Shown here in pieces: positions 12,451 through 25,070 of a DNA stretch of 64,000 bases. Source of the stretch: Raillietiella orientalis (Eukaryota); contig JAYWIR010000019.1 of the NCBI GenBank assembly GCA_036172245.1, positions 2,418,001 through 2,482,000 of the forward strand, read 5' to 3'. The notes beneath the pieces were generated by a model. It had not been told where the DNA came from. It saw only the letters and a program-made list of their open reading frames with translations, and did no database searches. Positions within the stretch are counted from its first letter, which is position 1; each line of letters begins with the position of its first letter. A program made the position numbers and the translations under genes.

Positions 12451-12736
12451 GAGTAGGGGGAGACCTTGGAGATGGAAAGGGAGGCAGGCGCGAGGACCGA
12501 TCGCCAGCGATAACCATGCTTTGAAGATCTCTCCGAGGACCTGGGATGGAGTGAACCACGCTCAAAGGCTGTTCCCATGGAGCCCCTCCTTCACATCAGA
12601 CCTCCTGGAGTCCATGCCAGGATCTGCGCCGACGGCAGCGGCTCCAAAGGGGGCAGTCGCGACAGTAGCCCCTACTTGTTGGCGTCCCCGACGCCGGAAG
12701 GGCTCTGCTCCGGCGGGTGGGCGGTGCAGAGCTGTT

Positions 12737-12780
12737 ATACTTACCTGGATTCAAGGTGTTTAATTGTGATCAAGATGGAT
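12737..12780 (+). pseudogene. U1 snRNA-like 5' fragment
   Basis: ATACTTACCTGG (12737-12748) is identical to the universal U1 5' end. GTGATCAAGATGG (12766-12778) matches the U1 stem-loop I loop (GAUCACGAAGG) at about the expected offset. No stem-loop II or Sm site follows. Confidence 0.5.
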
Positions 12781-13399
12781 GGACTTAGCCGGGACTCTCG
12801 CGCACTGTCCCACCTCCAGGTCCGCAGCGTTGCTTAGGCGGGCGAGTCGCTACCCGCGCATCCCGTAGCGGCGGCTTCCTGCTGCCCTTGGCAACCGGCG
12901 CCATGGCCCGGGATGCGACGGGCGCGCCGCAGTTCTCCGCGCCACCTCTGCTCACTGCTGCGGGCCCACCGGGTGGCGCTCGGGCAATCCGCGTCGTCGT
13001 TCGAGGCGAGCCGGGCTTCTCGCCCGCGCCTCGAAGCCGGAGGGTAGGTCGAGACCCACTGGTCGAAGACTCTCCTTTCGCTTCCTCTTCGGCGAGCTCC
13101 AGGCGCTCCGAGGAAAACTGCCAAGGGATCCGGCAAGACGTGAGGAAACTGGCAAAGCGAGGAGGTTCCCGGGACGCTCACTTACTCCCCCCATGTCTCC
13201 GACAAGGAGATTCCTCGCGCACGCGCGTGGCACGCCGGCAGAGGAGTAGGAAACTTCCCAGAGAGTCAGGAGCAGCTCGTTCGCCGCGGGACACCGGGTG
13301 CGACGCGACGACGCGGTGATTCATTTGAAGTTACGTCCCGCTTCAGACTCGGGTGTGGATAAAAAAAAACGAACCAAAGGAGTCAACAGCAACGCATTT

Positions 13400-15960
13400 C
13401 CCGGCGAGCTGCGGGTCCGAATCCCCTCCCCCCCTTCCGTTTGCCACACAGCGCGTGGGCGCAGGAACGCGCCCTTGCCACTCTGCCAATGCAAATCAGT
13501 AGATCGCGACGGCGGATCGCACCCAGTGGATGCAGCTGAAAACCTGCATCCGCGCGGATCCAGTGCGAAAAGTGTCCTGCCTGGCAACTGCTCCCTCTTT
13601 GCCCGTCGCGAGAAGGGAGAAGTCGGAATCGAACCATCGCGCGTCTTTGTGACAGGCTGTCAATAGGATTTTACGTCATTTGTTGGTTCCGCACAAGTCA
13701 CGAGAGTTCCCACTGCATCTTTTCTTCCCCCCTTCCCCCCTCCATCTCCTAACGGGACTGCGAACACTCCACCGAGATTTTCCGTTTGGAAACCGAGTCC
13801 TCTTTGGTACTCTCCCTGCGTCCGTCCAACTGGGAGGCTGCGCGGAGGGACGCCGTGCGCAAGACGCTTCATCGTTGAGCGGAGCAGGGGTGCCAGGCTG
13901 GGGCGAGCTACCCCCATTGCTCTCACGAGTTCCGGATGCCCGCAAAGCTTCCGGATCGGCAAGCTGCCTTGGTGGAACGAGAAATGTGGTCCTGCTGACC
14001 GAAGAGGAAGCTGGAAGAGGAGCTGCCTTAGACCCTTTTCCCAGGTTCCAGAAGGACACTCTCCCGGAGGAAAGGAACACCTGACCAGAGAAATTGCCAA
14101 CTCTTTGGCGGTGTTCCAAGTTGTACTGCATGCAAAGCAACTTCTGCAGCAACGTGACCGTCAGGGAGTTAGTCGTCCAAGGCGCTGGTCGCTCGGCTCC
14201 CGGCGACTCAGGAAGAGACGCCTCGTGGGAAGGTCACTCCGTAGTCAGAGGAGAGAGTAAATCCCTCGGAATGGGCTGCATGCACTAGAGAACACGAATG
14301 TTCACTCAGCAAGGGTCCTCCTGATGGCAGGCCTTGGGAGGGCCCATCGACGGGAGTCCGCAGAAAGGAACGAACCTCACGCTCAAGAAGAATCCATCCA
14401 CTTCTTCGACGGTGTATCCGAGACGCACGTGATGGGTCCAGCTCGTCTGCGACCAAGGAAGACGGGGGACGGATGGCTTAGAAGAAGACGTGGCTCTCTC
14501 GAGGAGCAAATGAGGACGGGCTGACGGCTGGCTGTGCCGCTCCTCGGATTTGCTTACTTTTTGTGGACGGAGGGGCCGCCGGTGTTCTTGCAAGATGGAG
14601 GGCCCTTCTCTCGTGCTTCCCGCGGCTTCCATCTTGACCCTTTTCTCTTCTTCCTCGGCCGCGCGGACCGCATTCCCCGTCGCACAGTCAGCAAGCGCGA
14701 CATCGCTTTCTGTTGAACGCCCGAGGCAGGAGCGCTCCCACACCGGGGTTTCAGAAAATTTTCAGCGGGAGGAGAGACAAGTTGGGAGAGCAACCCTCCT
14801 CCTCGAAACGTTCTTCCTTCACGGAAGAGGGAAGCAGGAGGAGAATGGAGCAGTTCCGAAATCAGGACTGACAGCAGCAGGGTGGGCGCAAACATAGGTG
14901 CACCATAGGTTTTTTGTTTGGCTCCGGGGCTTGTGGGGATGATTGATGAAGTTCCAATTGTTCCGTAAGGCCCTTCGGAGTGCACTGCAAACCGGAAACC
15001 CAAGGCAAGTCTGCCGCGCGGCCTGTAGCGACCGGGTCCGGAAAGGAATCCTTCCTCGGTTTTCCTGCGAGATCGCAGGCAGGCGGAAACTGATGAGTGA
15101 ATGGACCATGGGACAGTTCGCGCATGTGGCAACCCCGAGTGCCCTTCCACGAGAATCACAGCACTGGGGAGAGCTGCCCAGCATTCTTAGAGAAGACCTG
15201 AAGTGGCTCCCAGTGCACAACAACAGCAGCACCCTTCCCCTGAAGTGGCAGGGGTCGGCACTAATGCTGTTGCAATGGGATTCCCCCTGAAACGCCCGCC
15301 GACATCACTGAACGCTGAGGAGGGCGAACCCGGACTGTCTCACGTGCGGGGAACGCGAATCCTCTCTCTTGCACCTGCTCGTGGACTGTGTTGTCCTCCG
15401 GTCCCTGTGGTAACGTTTGGGACCGGCCATCCGGATCCCGGTTGACACCCCCGGGGACTCTTTACGGCTCCTCTTTGTGCGGGACGCCCTGCAGTCAGCG
15501 GTCAGCCGCAGCCCCAGCAGCGCTTTGCTGTAGTTGCGGGATTATGGCGGTCTGGACTCGAAGCCGAGAGAGAAAGGGACGAGAGGGACATCGTCCAGTT
15601 CGTAGCTCGCTTCCTGAGGATAATGGTGGACAGATGGCCCCACCTGGGACCTATTCGAACGGATCTTTCTGGCATCCTGGAACAGATGAAAATTCCCTCC
15701 AGCGGACAGTGATCCCCTCACGACCCTCCAGATTGCTCTTATTTATTTTTATTTATTCTTTTGTTTTCTTTTTCTTTTTCTTTTCTTCCATCCCTCTCTG
15801 CTGCCGAAGTAAGCCCGTCGGTCTGCGTACCGGTGACCCGGCAGGTCCATCGAAGAATCAGTCGTGTGTGTGTGTGTAGGGGGGGGGGACTGCGTGCTCC
15901 ACCATGAATGTTGTAAGTTTGTTGCTTTGATTCAATAAACGCCCCGGCGTGGCAATCCCG
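13400..15960 (+). mobile_element. L1/Tx1-clade non-LTR retrotransposon family B, copy 1 (decayed RT, C-terminal CCHC and 3' UTR)
   Basis: LHP...VLPG (IHPxQxGFVPG), RGARLG/ELPPLL (RGxRQGxPLSPLL) and KSLGM (KYLG); CLTCGERESSLLHLLVDC (CX2CX8HX4C) at 15336-15389; T-rich 3' UTR and AATAAA at ~15934. Confidence 0.8.
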
Positions 15961-15969
15961 CTCTCCCTC

Positions 15970-17190
15970 GGAACCAAAGGGCCCGCATCCTACCTTTTGT
16001 GCTCCGGCCGAAAGGTGAGAAGGTACGGACTCTTCCACGGACGGATGATCACCATGGCTAACGAGAACAACTGGATGACCTGTTGCCACCGCAAACTCTA
16101 GCGCCTGGATGGAAGAAGAAGCAGTCTGCACGTGGGCGAAAATAAATGAGCCCAGCTCGGAGACGTCAAACCTCCTGCGATTCAGCAGCTACGCTCGCTG
16201 CGGAGGACCGTGGAGAGTCCCAGCATGAGCGAGTGAGTGGAGCGGACCCCTCTTGCTGCAGCGATGCCTTCCCTGAAGAAGGCAGTTGGCAGCGGCGAAC
16301 AGCCAAGGTGGGAGGTCTCCTGTGAGATCTCAGAAAGGAGGAAGGAGATGAGCGGTTGTACCATGGGGCAGCTGGCGGATGCTGTGATGCCTTTCCACGA
16401 AGACTTCAACGCTGGGGCAAGCTGCCCGGTGTTCCTTGCGAAGAATTCCTTAAGTAACTCACAGAGTTCGTGGACAGCAGTAGCAACCTCCCTGCGAAGT
16501 GGCAGGAGTTGGTACTACTGTTGTTGGATTGTATTCTTCCCTGCAACCGACATCATTGGACACTGGGGAGTGCGAATCTGGACTGTCGCAGGGAATCTCT
16601 CGGGAATCTCTCCTGCACCTGCTTGTGGACTCTATTGCCCTCCGGACCCTATGGGAACGTTTTGGGACGACCCTGCAGACCCCAGTCGGTCAACCTCAGG
16701 GACGTTTTACAGCTCCTCTTCGTGCGGGATGTCCTACAGCCAGCCGCAGCCTTAGCAGCTCTTTGCTGCATCCACGGGGTTGCGGCGGCCTGGAGAGACG
16801 CCGAAGCAGGTCCGAACGAAAGAGATGCCATCAGAGATTGCAGTTCGCTTTCTACGGACAGCAGCAGTCAGATGGCCCCTCCTGGGCACTAGGCAGATGG
16901 ACCTTGCCGGCACCCTGGAAAGGATGCAGAGGACTCCTCCCTCCAGCGGGAAGTGATCTCTTCCCATCCCTCCAGAGTGTTTTTATTTATTTATTTAATC
17001 TTTGTTTTTTTTCCTGCTCGCCGCCGCTGCCTAGGTGAGCCTCGCCGGTCTGCGCACCGGCAACCCGGCACGTTTCTGGTAGATTGGAACATGGTAGGAC
17101 TGCGTGTCTCACCGTGGGCTTTAGCGAGTCGGGTGTTGTTTCAATAACCTCCCCAGCGTGACCGGGTGGCGACCCCGGTTTCCCTCGCGC
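15970..17190 (+). mobile_element. L1/Tx1-like family B, copy 2 (5'-truncated, head-to-tail with copy 1)
   Basis: Colinear similarity to 14870-15960, including ESLLHLLVD, LLFVRD, AALCC, CAGATGGCCCC and the T-rich 3' UTR. Confidence 0.8.
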
Positions 17191-17285
17191 CGATCTTCTT
17201 CGACTCAGTGTCGAAGGCATCCGGACGGCAGAGCGAAGCTCGCGGAAAGGAATCTTCGATTTGCCTCGAAGAGATGCACGAGGGG

Positions 17286-17322
17286 GAAGGAAGGAAGGAA
17301 GGAAGGAAGGAAGGAAGGAAGA
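17286..17322. repeat. (GGAA)n microsatellite
   Basis: About 9 tandem GGAA units. Confidence 0.9.
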
Positions 17323-19594
17323 AAATTGTACAATTAACCACTTTGGCGATTTCCGGGATGATTTACGATCTCCTTGCTGCATAATTTAAATGATCGTTTC
17401 CGTCACGTGATGAACCCTTAATTTCATCATCTTCGGAACGGCCTATGCAGATGAATCGTCGGGAAACACGTACGTGCGTAACCGCTGCTGCTCTCAGGAA
17501 GGGTATTCCCGGCACACGCGTCTCCTCACCAGCGAGGAGATGCATACGTCTTCCCCATCTTGGCTCGGCGCTCCGCCGTATCGTTTACACATGTATTTAC
17601 CCAAATCTCCCATTTCGCATCGGATTCAGTTGGTTAAGGTTGACTTTCAGCTGAGGGGATCCTTCTTCCCGTAATCTTCGACGAAGGGCACGCGCGTCGT
17701 TTCGAGATTTATCCCGTTCCCAAGTTTTCGCCACCGTTACCGTGGTCATTAACAACGGCTGATATCCTAGAGACGCGAAATGCAAAAAAAGGAAGGGAAA
17801 AAAAAAAAAAAAAAAAAAAAAAAACAGCTCGCGCTCAACGTTGCTTCGCCATCCGGGGAAGCTGAACACGTGCGTCTTCCGCGTAGTGAATACGCACCGC
17901 CACTTAACGTGTATCCATTTCCTTAATTGTGCGCACGGCGTGCACCTATGTGCTCGCATACACGAAAGTACCGGTGGAACGTTCGCGTAGCTGTGCACGC
18001 ACTTGAACGCGTGCACAACACGGTGCTTCGCTTACGACATTAGCCATCATTACTTATGTAATGTTAGCCCTATTTAATTATAGTGTTGGATGAAATAGCC
18101 CGGTTTGGAGCGAGCTTGTGCGTTCGTCGAGGCTCTGATGGGAAGGATGGGCAAAATGCTCCATTCCCTTGTACCAATAAGAGGAAAGTAGCGTAGAGGG
18201 AAATGAAAAAGAAAGAAGAAGAAGAAGGAGGAGGAGGAGGAGGAAAAAAAAAAAAAAAAGAAGTGCCAAATACGAAAGAAGATTAAGAGAAAGAAGCCAG
18301 CAGCAGGTTCTCAGCATTCAAGACTGATCTGCTGGCATCGCAGATGCGAGCAATGAGAATCCACAATACACCTCCCCCCCTTTTTTTTTGGTTCTTTCTT
18401 CCTTTCTTTCCTTTTTTTCGCGCACGTTGAATCAGGTTTATTTGACCACAAGGCGCGCTCCAGCAAAAAAAATGGGAGTAATAGGCAGTGTTGCTCGATT
18501 TTTATGGAAACTCGGCTTGTAATAAGCAAAGGTGTCCCATTGCATCCGACGGAGCTGGCGGAAACCTCTCTCCGCACATACCCTTGGGCTCTCGTTGGTT
18601 GTTTTGCACTTCCCAGGCTTCGAATCGACGGGTGAGATCATCCGCAGAGAAGCTAACGAAGGAGAGAAGAAGAAGAAGAAGAAGAAGAGGGAAAAAAAAG
18701 GAGAGGATCGCGCACGCAAGATCGACAGCTGATTCGCAAGATGAGATAAATGCTGACAAACCCCTGTTCAAGATATGAAAACGTGGAATCGATGTTTTAC
18801 AGGGATCGTTCTGGCGATCGCGAGCAATCACGGGAAAAACGATTCAGAAACTCCAGCTTCCAATGGAGTCAGCAGCCTGGAACATCTGGAATTGAGTCGA
18901 GTTTATAAACAAACAAATGAAACGGCCGGAGGAATATGTGTGTTTTTTTTTTTTTTTCTTTCGCTGCAGACCCGCAGTTTCCAAAGCTCCAGCAGCAGCA
19001 ACGGAAAGAGCTACCCCCCCCCTCCCCTCCCCCATGCTTCAGCAGAATAAGTTACCAAGAACTTTTTTGTAGCGCAAGTAATAAGCCGAGGAAGGAGAAG
19101 AACGCATCCCAATTCAAATTTCCGTGTCCACGGAGGGAAACCTACCCAAATAAAGATGGTACTCCTGTTTTCGGCGAGGAGTGTTTGCTCAGAGAAATGT
19201 GATTTTGCGGGCATATTTGATCGAAGCATAACGGGACGCGTTTCCAACGCAATAACACTAAAAGATGGGAGAAGACACCTCGCCAGCAGCAAGTAAAATT
19301 TATTAATATCGCGAGATCAAAGTGCTAAAAAAAGCAAAAACTGTTATCGTATTTCACCGATGTCATGTATGGGAAGTGCAAAAGCATTCGTCTCGATGAT
19401 AAATTGGCTATGAGATAAGCTTAATGATTTTTCCTACCTGTAAAGTGGAGAGCTCATTTCGACGTGATTCATCATGTGACCGTTCTGATCAGCCGATTAT
19501 CCGGGATTTCCAACTTGCGATGCCGTGTTGGATCAGTTTCGAACTTCCATTAAATTCGTACTTTCTTTCTTTTACTTTATTTCATTTCTTGTTC

Positions 19595-19595
<1 letters not shown>

Positions 19596-19628
<33 letters not shown>
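19596..19628. repeat. (CT)n microsatellite
   Basis: Perfect dinucleotide run. Confidence 0.9.
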
Positions 19629-19629
<1 letters not shown>

Positions 19630-20779
19630 CTGATGATCTCATTCACGGAGTGCACAATAAGCAAGATCCGACGCGCAGAACCAAATTTCATTCTGCCATC
19701 TTGCATAGGCAGCTCTCATTAAGGGTGGGCTAAAAAAAAGAAGAAGAGGAAGAAGAATAGTGGGCATAAAGACCTATTGCACGCATGTGTCTATAAAAAT
19801 GCCTACTCCATCATATCTTGGAATTTCTACTAATCAACTCAATGGGCGACGATCGAGTTAGTAATGTCAGAGAAGGATCGTTAGGGCTTCTTCGTGTTCC
19901 GGCAACCGATCCGCCGTGGTGCATGGTGCCGCGCACCTCTGCTGGTCCACCGTATCGGTGTGGAAACGGCTGGCTGCAAGCTGCGCGTGCTTGCATCGTA
20001 CGCATGCAACAGGTCTCGTGGGCTCTGCGTGCAGCAGACGCAAACACATCACGCACGCTGAGAAACGCGAGAATAGGGAGCAGCGTAATGCCCGGTTCGT
20101 TTACCTAAACGAACCAAACTGTAAATTCTCGAGAGCCTGCGTGATTTCAATCCCAGGCTGATGGAGACTGGGAAGAGAGACGTGCGCAACGCCGGGGCAC
20201 GTTTCGAAATTCCGTCGAGGGTGTCGGAATTCGAGACGCAGAGGGACAGCATGGAAACCGTTTAAACGATTCGTGAGTTTCCGTCAAAGAGCGACGCTTC
20301 TTCCCCTGGGTGGAGTAGCCGGTGGGAGAGATCCGAGAGGCAGCTCACGAGGGGGGGGGGGGGGAAACGTGCTGCGGGATGGGATAAACACGGCACACCC
20401 TCGCCGAACACCTCTCCATCGAGCGGCGGTCTGCCTCCTCGTGCCACGCTCCCCAGTCCCGGCTGGGAATCGGCTCCGGGTCCTTCCGACGGAGAGAGGT
20501 GGAGCGGAACGGGGAGAGGAGAGATTCCTCCAAGAGGAATTTCGTTTCGCGCCACGGTACGGGGAAGCAAAGCCGAAGCAAATAGGCACCCTACGATCGC
20601 AGTGGCCCAATCGTGGTGGATGATGGCCTGCTGCTAAGCGCTCGCGGTAGGAAAACCCCTACCCTGTTGCGCGTCCGCACCACGTGTGCCAGATAGGCCC
20701 TGTCGGAGCAGGTGGAAGGAGCTCCGTGGGGTTCGGCGGACCCCGGAAGCGCGCAACAATTAGGCGCGATAAATTTCCC

Positions 20780-21056
20780 CGAACAATGGATAGGCGGCCG
20801 CGCGCGCGGCGCGAGGAGCGCGCGTTGCGGCTGTGCGGCGGCGGCGGCGGGCGGCACGAGAAATGCGGCACGCAGGCCCGGCCCACGAGTCAGTAGCGCG
20901 GAGCCGTGCGAGCGCGGAGGTGTGCCGGCCCTGCGCCTCTGGAAGATGCTTCCGTGTTCCGTTCCGTGTGTTGGCCGACGCAGCGAGCCGTTCCGGTAGC
21001 ACTTTCGCGATGTGTGCCACCGCGCAGGGATCACTTCCGCTGCTGCTGCTGTGAGC
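20780..21056 (+). promoter_or_regulatory. Putative Pol II core promoter and non-coding first exon (Inr + MTE-like) in a CpG-rich island
   Basis: TCAGT initiator at 20890-20894; CGAGCGC at +18 (20909) matches the first 7 positions of the MTE consensus CSARCSS; GC/CpG-dense patch in AT-richer DNA; possible donor GTGAGC at 21051. The link to the gene at 36.6 kb is inferred. Confidence 0.45.
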
Positions 21057-22771
21057 TCGGCACGGTCCACGGGCGCGCCGAGAGGTCCACGCCGGAGGGG
21101 ACGCGCGCCACAGCTCGTCCGTCTCCAGCCGAGCAGTTTGGCGGTGCGTGGTCGCGGGAACTTTCCTCGTGGAGGTGTGTGCCACCGCCCCACTGTCCAG
21201 ATGGAAGAACACTGCTGCTGAAACAGGTGTTTTGCGGGAACTCCCACCGTTCGAAAGTGCGAAAGCAAAGTGCTCGTGTCTTCTCCACAAGTCAAGCGGT
21301 GCGAAGAGTCAGGAGCAAGTTTCGTGTTACGACGCTGTGATTCACATGCATAGACGTTTTCTCTTTGAATGGCACTCGTACGATAGTGTGTGCACTTTTT
21401 CCAGAATCCGAGAGGATGGTTTCCAAAACTTCCGGACCCAGAGTGATGTTTGTATTTCTGTTCAGTGAGATGTCTGACTTTCGCAGTTCAAATGGCTTCA
21501 TGCAGCCTCCGTTTAAATTACTCAAATGAAATTTTTAAATTGTGGCAGCGTAAAAAAATATCTTTCCGGATTTCCTTGTCATGGTAATTCATTGCTAATG
21601 TCAGTAATTGTGTGAATTATCACCGAGGCTTTTTTTTTTTTTTTCTTTTTAAATGATGTGCATGCGGCTTCCATGTGCGATTCGATTGCACTTTGCTTGA
21701 TACATAGGGCCAGCACGTGTTTTTTGTACATAGCCATGCGGTGGTAACATTGTATTCTCATGTGTCAGAGTGATGCATGGAAAGGCGTCTGTTCACTAAT
21801 GTGCAACTAAGTACTAAAAAAAAAAAACATGAAGCGACATATGCATAACGCAGGCATAATTAAGTAAAGTATGGTAGCATTCGGAAGGAAAGAGCAAATT
21901 ACTCGAATCATTCCGTACGCAAGAAAAAAAAGAAGGAAAGAAAAAGTAACCAACGCGAAAGCGATGAAGTCAAAAAAAAGGAAAAAAAAAAAAAAAAGAA
22001 GCGCGTTGTCTGTTTGCTTGGCCGGATTTTCCACATGCTAATCTGTGCGGTGGATCGTGCAAGTCATACTGGTTCAAAAACGATGTGTACCATATCTTTG
22101 GAATGATCTCTTCCCATTATCTCGGGAGATTTGGTTTCGCGTCTTTGGCTGCCCTGTCCGTGCGCGCGTAGGCGCCCGCGACACGTTGCCGGGTGCGAAA
22201 CGTTCACACACACACGACGTAATTACATAGCTACATGCGTGATCTTACGAGCAGCGTGTGTGTACGCACGGGCGTGTGTGTACACCCACGTACGCGTTTG
22301 TGCGAACCGTAGCCCGTGTTCGTAATTCCGGATGTACGTTCTCCGTAACCATGTGACCACCGCAGCACACGTGTGTGTTTGGTGCACGTTTCTCACTCTT
22401 TCGTATCCCAGGGAAACCTCCGCCCTGGAAGCAGTACGCGCGCGCGCGCGTGTGTGTATGTGTACGAAGTATCAAAGAGCGAGGATGTGTGTGTCTATGT
22501 TACATATCTGCTCAATCCTTGGTTCGCGGATGCCATGAAGAAGGATGAGTAGTTTTGATGCGCGTGGAAATGGACCAGGGATGAGTGGCACGTAGGGTGT
22601 TTTGGTGTAGTCGCACTGTTTCGCAAACCTTTATTGTAATAAATGTGGGAACGTGTTTGTAAATCCTTTTTTTTTTTTTGTTTGCCACGGAGGATTTAAA
22701 GCTTATCCTGCCAAATCGGAGTTTAATTTTCATTTCATGTGTTGCGTGCTCAGTAAGAATCTGTGACATTG

Positions 22772-22791
22772 CTCTCTCTCTCTCTCTCTCC

Positions 22792-22835
<44 letters not shown>
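22772..22835. repeat. Compound (CT)n(GT)n microsatellite
   Basis: Adjacent CT and GT runs. Confidence 0.9.
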
Positions 22836-22837
<2 letters not shown>

Positions 22838-24519
22838 TTTTAATCATCCCACTTGCATCGACCCCATTTCAATTTCAGAAATTCATTACGCGATTCATTT
22901 GCTCTTTGCTTTTTCATTTTTGCATGGGCAGGGATGCGATGCACCAGCTCTTTCATGAAAGGGTTGCCACGCAGTTTTGAAATCTGTGATGCTGTACGAA
23001 GGAATCGCTTCGGGAGCGTGAAATCACATTGATGAGGACCTTCCTAAACGCTGTGCAGCCATAAATCATTCCTATCGTTAATGCTTTGCCACAGTGTGCT
23101 AACAGTATGACGGCGAACGATCTGTGGATGATTGCAGGAGAACATCGATTGATCCTGTTGCGCGTGTTGTTCCAAATGCTTCGGGTCCTTTCGCTTCGGG
23201 ACGGTGGCTTGGCACCGCCAGCTGGGTCATCCAGCATCCTCAAGCCATCCGTCGGCGAAGATGGTGAGCTGGCCAGCGCGGCGGCGATCTTGCTGCCCGC
23301 GTCCACGCTCACGTGGTGCTTTCTCATTTTCGTCCGAAGAGGCACGTTGTTCCACAGGTCCGGATTAGACCCGTGGACCGTCCTTCCCTGGATCCTGCTC
23401 CCACGTCGTCCTGACGCTTTAAAATCGGTGCTCCCGGATCGTCCTGCGGATTGATGAAAAGCTGGGGGAGGGTTACCTACCCCAGATCGTGCGCTTTTGT
23501 GCTGCGTGTAGCTGCGTCTTCATTTCATTCCGTTTTGTTTCACCTGTCAGCGAGTTCAGGAATACGGGGGGGGGGGGGGAAGAAAAAATGCATCAGAGCG
23601 ATGGGGGGTTTCTGGCAGGCAAGTCTCGTGCAACCGTTCGCGAAGAATTGCTCGTCCTTAAACGGAGCGATTCGGTTGTTTCGGGACCGTTTCCAACGAG
23701 CAAGGACGAGAGCGGTGAATCTCACAGTCGCGTCGTGGAGCCCACAATTTGACAGAGGTGAGCTCTTCGGCATTCGAACCAGAAGAGCTCAACTCGTGAT
23801 CGGCTGCAGCGCAGTTTCCAGCGAGGCCATCCATCCAAACGAGGCGATCCCCCCCTTGGCTCAGATGGTTCACGAAATGATCCTTTCAATCATCTGCTCA
23901 TCGCCTCCCATGATTTCCAAAATTACGCACTGCCGATGCCTTTCCTCCCCCCCCCCCCCTCTTTTCTTCTTCCCCATCCGCCTGTGTGTTTCGTCTGTCC
24001 GTGTTGGTTATGCTGGCTGTTCGAGGGCCTGCCCCGGGATCGCGAACCTGATGCATCAGCCTGCTTATAAAGGAGTTTTGTTACTGCATGGAATCCATTA
24101 TGGATCGTTGGCCATTCTTTGGGGCATTTCGCATTGGGGTTTCATTTGGTCGCAGTGGTGTGCTCATGAGTTGCTCATGTTTTTTGCTTCGGTGTGCTCG
24201 GGCGTATGCATCCATTAAGCGTTGTGTATCTCGCTTTGTGTGCGTGGTCGTGGGGGGGTACAATTCTAGTTGGAGAATCGTAACGTCATTTGTTGTTCTT
24301 TCTGCGAACTGTTCTGAAGGGTCGAAAGCAGTCCTCCTATCCGTGGTTGAATTTTGAAGCGGTGGGCAGAGGCGAAGTCTTTGCATCGTTTCCATCTGTC
24401 CCGCAACGCGCCGTGGATGATGCTTTTTCGTGGTTCCGTCCAGCGCAAAGAAAGCCGTGCGGTGCGGAACCGCAGAGTCCGGAGATCTTAGCTCTTTTCT
24501 GGTTTCATCTGATTCCTGC

Positions 24520-25070
24520 TTGAAGGATGTAAGGGGCTGAGCAAGTAAATTAAAATGGGCACTCACTGCAGATGCAGATCGTCTTCTTGCTGCAAAGGTT
24601 CGACGACGGCTGCTGGTAGATCTCTCTCTTCGGTTTCCAGCTGCGCCGCCATTGCGTTGCCTTCGTATTTGCATGTTCTTTCTCAGTTTCACCACGTGCT
24701 GGTCTCGTATTGATCTCGCTCGTTGATTTCGGAGGCTCTGGGTTGTAAACTTTGCTTCTCAATCATTTTTTCTTCCTATAAAAACAATTCTCTCGTCCTC
24801 AGCAGCAGCATTACCTTCATAAAACATCTCTGGAAGGAAAAGTTTTTGTTTTAAGGGATGGCACGACTTTGATGTTTCAGGACTTTGTGGCAGTGGGATC
24901 CTTCCGAAATCTTTTCGAAAGACCACCGTAGTTCTGGTTAACTTCCTGGATGATTTTCGATTCAGGTTCAAAACATCCGCGTGCTTGCGCTGCTACGGTG
25001 ATAGAAGTGTTGTAATCGTGTCCGCCGATGAATGTGTGGATTCATAAGGACGGGCTAATAACGATGTAAT
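24520..25070 (-). mobile_element. Decayed piggyBac-like transposase, C-terminal part
   Basis: PVLM/STH (VxMLSTxH), KIIQEVNQNYGG (PxIIxxYNxxMGGVD) and NLCSKKTICICSEC (C-terminal Cys-rich domain) in the correct order, with frameshifts and stops. Confidence 0.5.

Noticed and set aside
12577..12837. ORF with ICADGS and YLDS resembling RNase H motifs
   Set aside because: Motif spacing is too short, the AE motif is missing, and the YLD codons are the U1-like sequence
23451..24218. 255-aa ORF
   Set aside because: Crosses poly-G/poly-C runs; no domain and no splice support
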